From positions 3,327-67,326 of the forward strand of contig DASQJL010000112.1 of NCBI GenBank assembly GCA_035631035.1: DNA of 64,000 nt. Reading direction: 5' to 3'. Made by a program: the position numbers and the translations under genes. This document shows, one piece after another, positions 63,124 through 64,000 of this stretch. The notes beneath the pieces are model-generated. The model worked only from the letters and a program-made list of their open reading frames with translations. It had not been told where the DNA came from and did not search any database. Within the stretch, counting starts at the first letter, position 1. Each line of letters opens with the position of its first letter. Source of the stretch: Candidatus Binatia bacterium. GTDB lineage: Bacteria > Eisenbacteria > RBG-16-71-46 > SZUA-252.

Positions 63124-64000
63124 ATGAGCGACACGGGACGCTTCCATCGAACGCTCTTACCCTCCGGCCTCACCGTGATCGGCGAGGAGATGGACTCCGT
63201 CCGCTCGCTCGCCATCGGCGTCTGGATGAAGGTGGGTGCCCGCCACGAGGACGCCGCGACGAGCGGCATGTCCCACTTCCTGGAGCACATGGTCTTCAAG
63301 GGCTCGCGAACCCGCGACGCCTACCAGATCGCGCTCTCCCTCGAATCGGTGGGGGGCCACCTCGACGCGTTCACGGGACGCGAGTCGACCTGCTTCTACG
63401 CGCGGGCGCTCGAGGACCACCTGGACCTCGCCGTGGACGTGCTCGCCGACCTCTCCCTCTCCCCGCGCCTCGACCCGGCCGACGTCGCCAAGGAAAAGCA
63501 GGTCGTGGCCGAGGAGATCCACAACTACGACGACACCCCCGACGACTGCGTGCACGACCTCTTCGCGGACGTCGTCTGGAACGGGCATCCCCTGGGGAAC
63601 CGGATCCTCGGGAGCGAGGCCTCGGTGACCGCGTTCACCCCCGAGGAGGTGGCCGCCTACCACGGCCGCCACTACACGGCGGGGAACATGATCGTGGCGA
63701 TCGCGGGGCGCTTCGACTGGCCGCGCGTCGTGGACCTGGTGGAGCGGCATTTCGCCCCGGCCCCGGCGGGCGCGCCCCCGGCGCCGCCGCGCGCGGCGAA
63801 CGGCGCGGGGCGCGAGGTCGTGCATCACGTCCGCGACCTGGCGCAGCAGTACCTGTGCATCGGCGCCCCGGGACTGCGCCAGGAAGATCCCGACCGCTAC
63901 GCGCTCGTCCTGCTCTCGACGGTGCTGGGGGGCGGCATGTCGTCGCGGCTCTTCCAGCGCGTGCGGGAGCAGGAGGGGCTCGCCTACTCCGTCTACACCT
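63124..64000 (+). CDS. M16-family zinc peptidase (pitrilysin/MlpA-like), N-terminal part; continues off the right edge
   Basis: It is not in the track because it has no in-window stop. My translation from ATG 63124 reads MSDTGRFHRTLLPSGLTVIGEEMDSVRSLAIGVWMKVGARHEDAATSGMSHFLEHMVFKGS..., with the inverted zinc motif HFLEH. It sits after pnp, like B. subtilis mlpA. Confidence 0.85.
   Translation, partial: MSDTGRFHRTLLPSGLTVIGEEMDSVRSLAIGVWMKVGARHEDAATSGMSHFLEHMVFKGSRTRDAYQIALSLESVGGHLDAFTGRESTCFYARALEDHLDLAVDVLADLSLSPRLDPADVAKEKQVVAEEIHNYDDTPDDCVHDLFADVVWNGHPLGNRILGSEASVTAFTPEEVAAYHGRHYTAGNMIVAIAGRFDWPRVVDLVERHFAPAPAGAPPAPPRAANGAGREVVHHVRDLAQQYLCIGAPGLRQEDPDRYALVLLSTVLGGGMSSRLFQRVREQEGLAYSVYT

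Noticed and set aside
60828-63299. An 823-aa minus-strand ORF antisense to pnp
   Set aside because: It is a GC-driven shadow ORF. PNPase motifs (RNase PH, KH, S1) are on the + strand.

Overview
GC-rich bacterial chromosomal segment with about 65 protein genes. All but five lie on the + strand. I saw no rRNA, tRNA, CRISPR array, transposase or integrase.

Most of the window is core housekeeping DNA in a conserved order:
- tgt-yajC
- def-fmt-rsmB-...-rpe
- galE and split hldA/hldC
- sucCD-ndk
- yceD-rpmF-plsX-fabH-fabD-fabG-acpP-fabF-rnc
- aroB...aroQ-accB...accC
- rimP-nusA-infB-DUF503-rbfA-nrnA-truB-ribF-rpsO-pnp-M16 peptidase

Lineage-specific pieces are embedded in this backbone:
- An MglA-type Ras-like GTPase with a roughly 190-aa C-terminal extension and no adjacent mglB.
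- A csrA / FliS-like / FlgM-like trio next to a soluble PAS histidine kinase and a sigma-54 response regulator.
- A kinase-less PASTA protein at the position PrkC occupies in Firmicutes.
- A cyclic-2,3-diphosphoglycerate-synthetase-like P-loop protein coupled to sucCD.
- An ECF sigma / anti-sigma operon ending in an HtrA-family PDZ protein whose catalytic triad appears fully substituted.
- pilT wedged between accB and accC.
- A 2015-aa SprA-type (type IX secretion translocon) gene followed 1 nt later by a glutaminyl-cyclase-type M28 protein.

Several housekeeping proteins (MglA, CsrA, SucD, RNase III, NusA) carry long charged low-complexity tails.

Three clear GC-stem + CUUUUUCG intrinsic terminators mark operon ends. 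Two of them sit immediately downstream of near-consensus promoters, which looks like an attenuator. Two other promoters are placed so that transcription should start on a GTG start codon, giving leaderless mRNAs.

SprA suggests an FCB-group lineage, perhaps Gemmatimonadota-like. That is inference only.

All family assignments come from my own reading of the translations and motifs. No database search was run. The many long antisense or alternate-frame ORFs in the track are GC-driven shadow ORFs.
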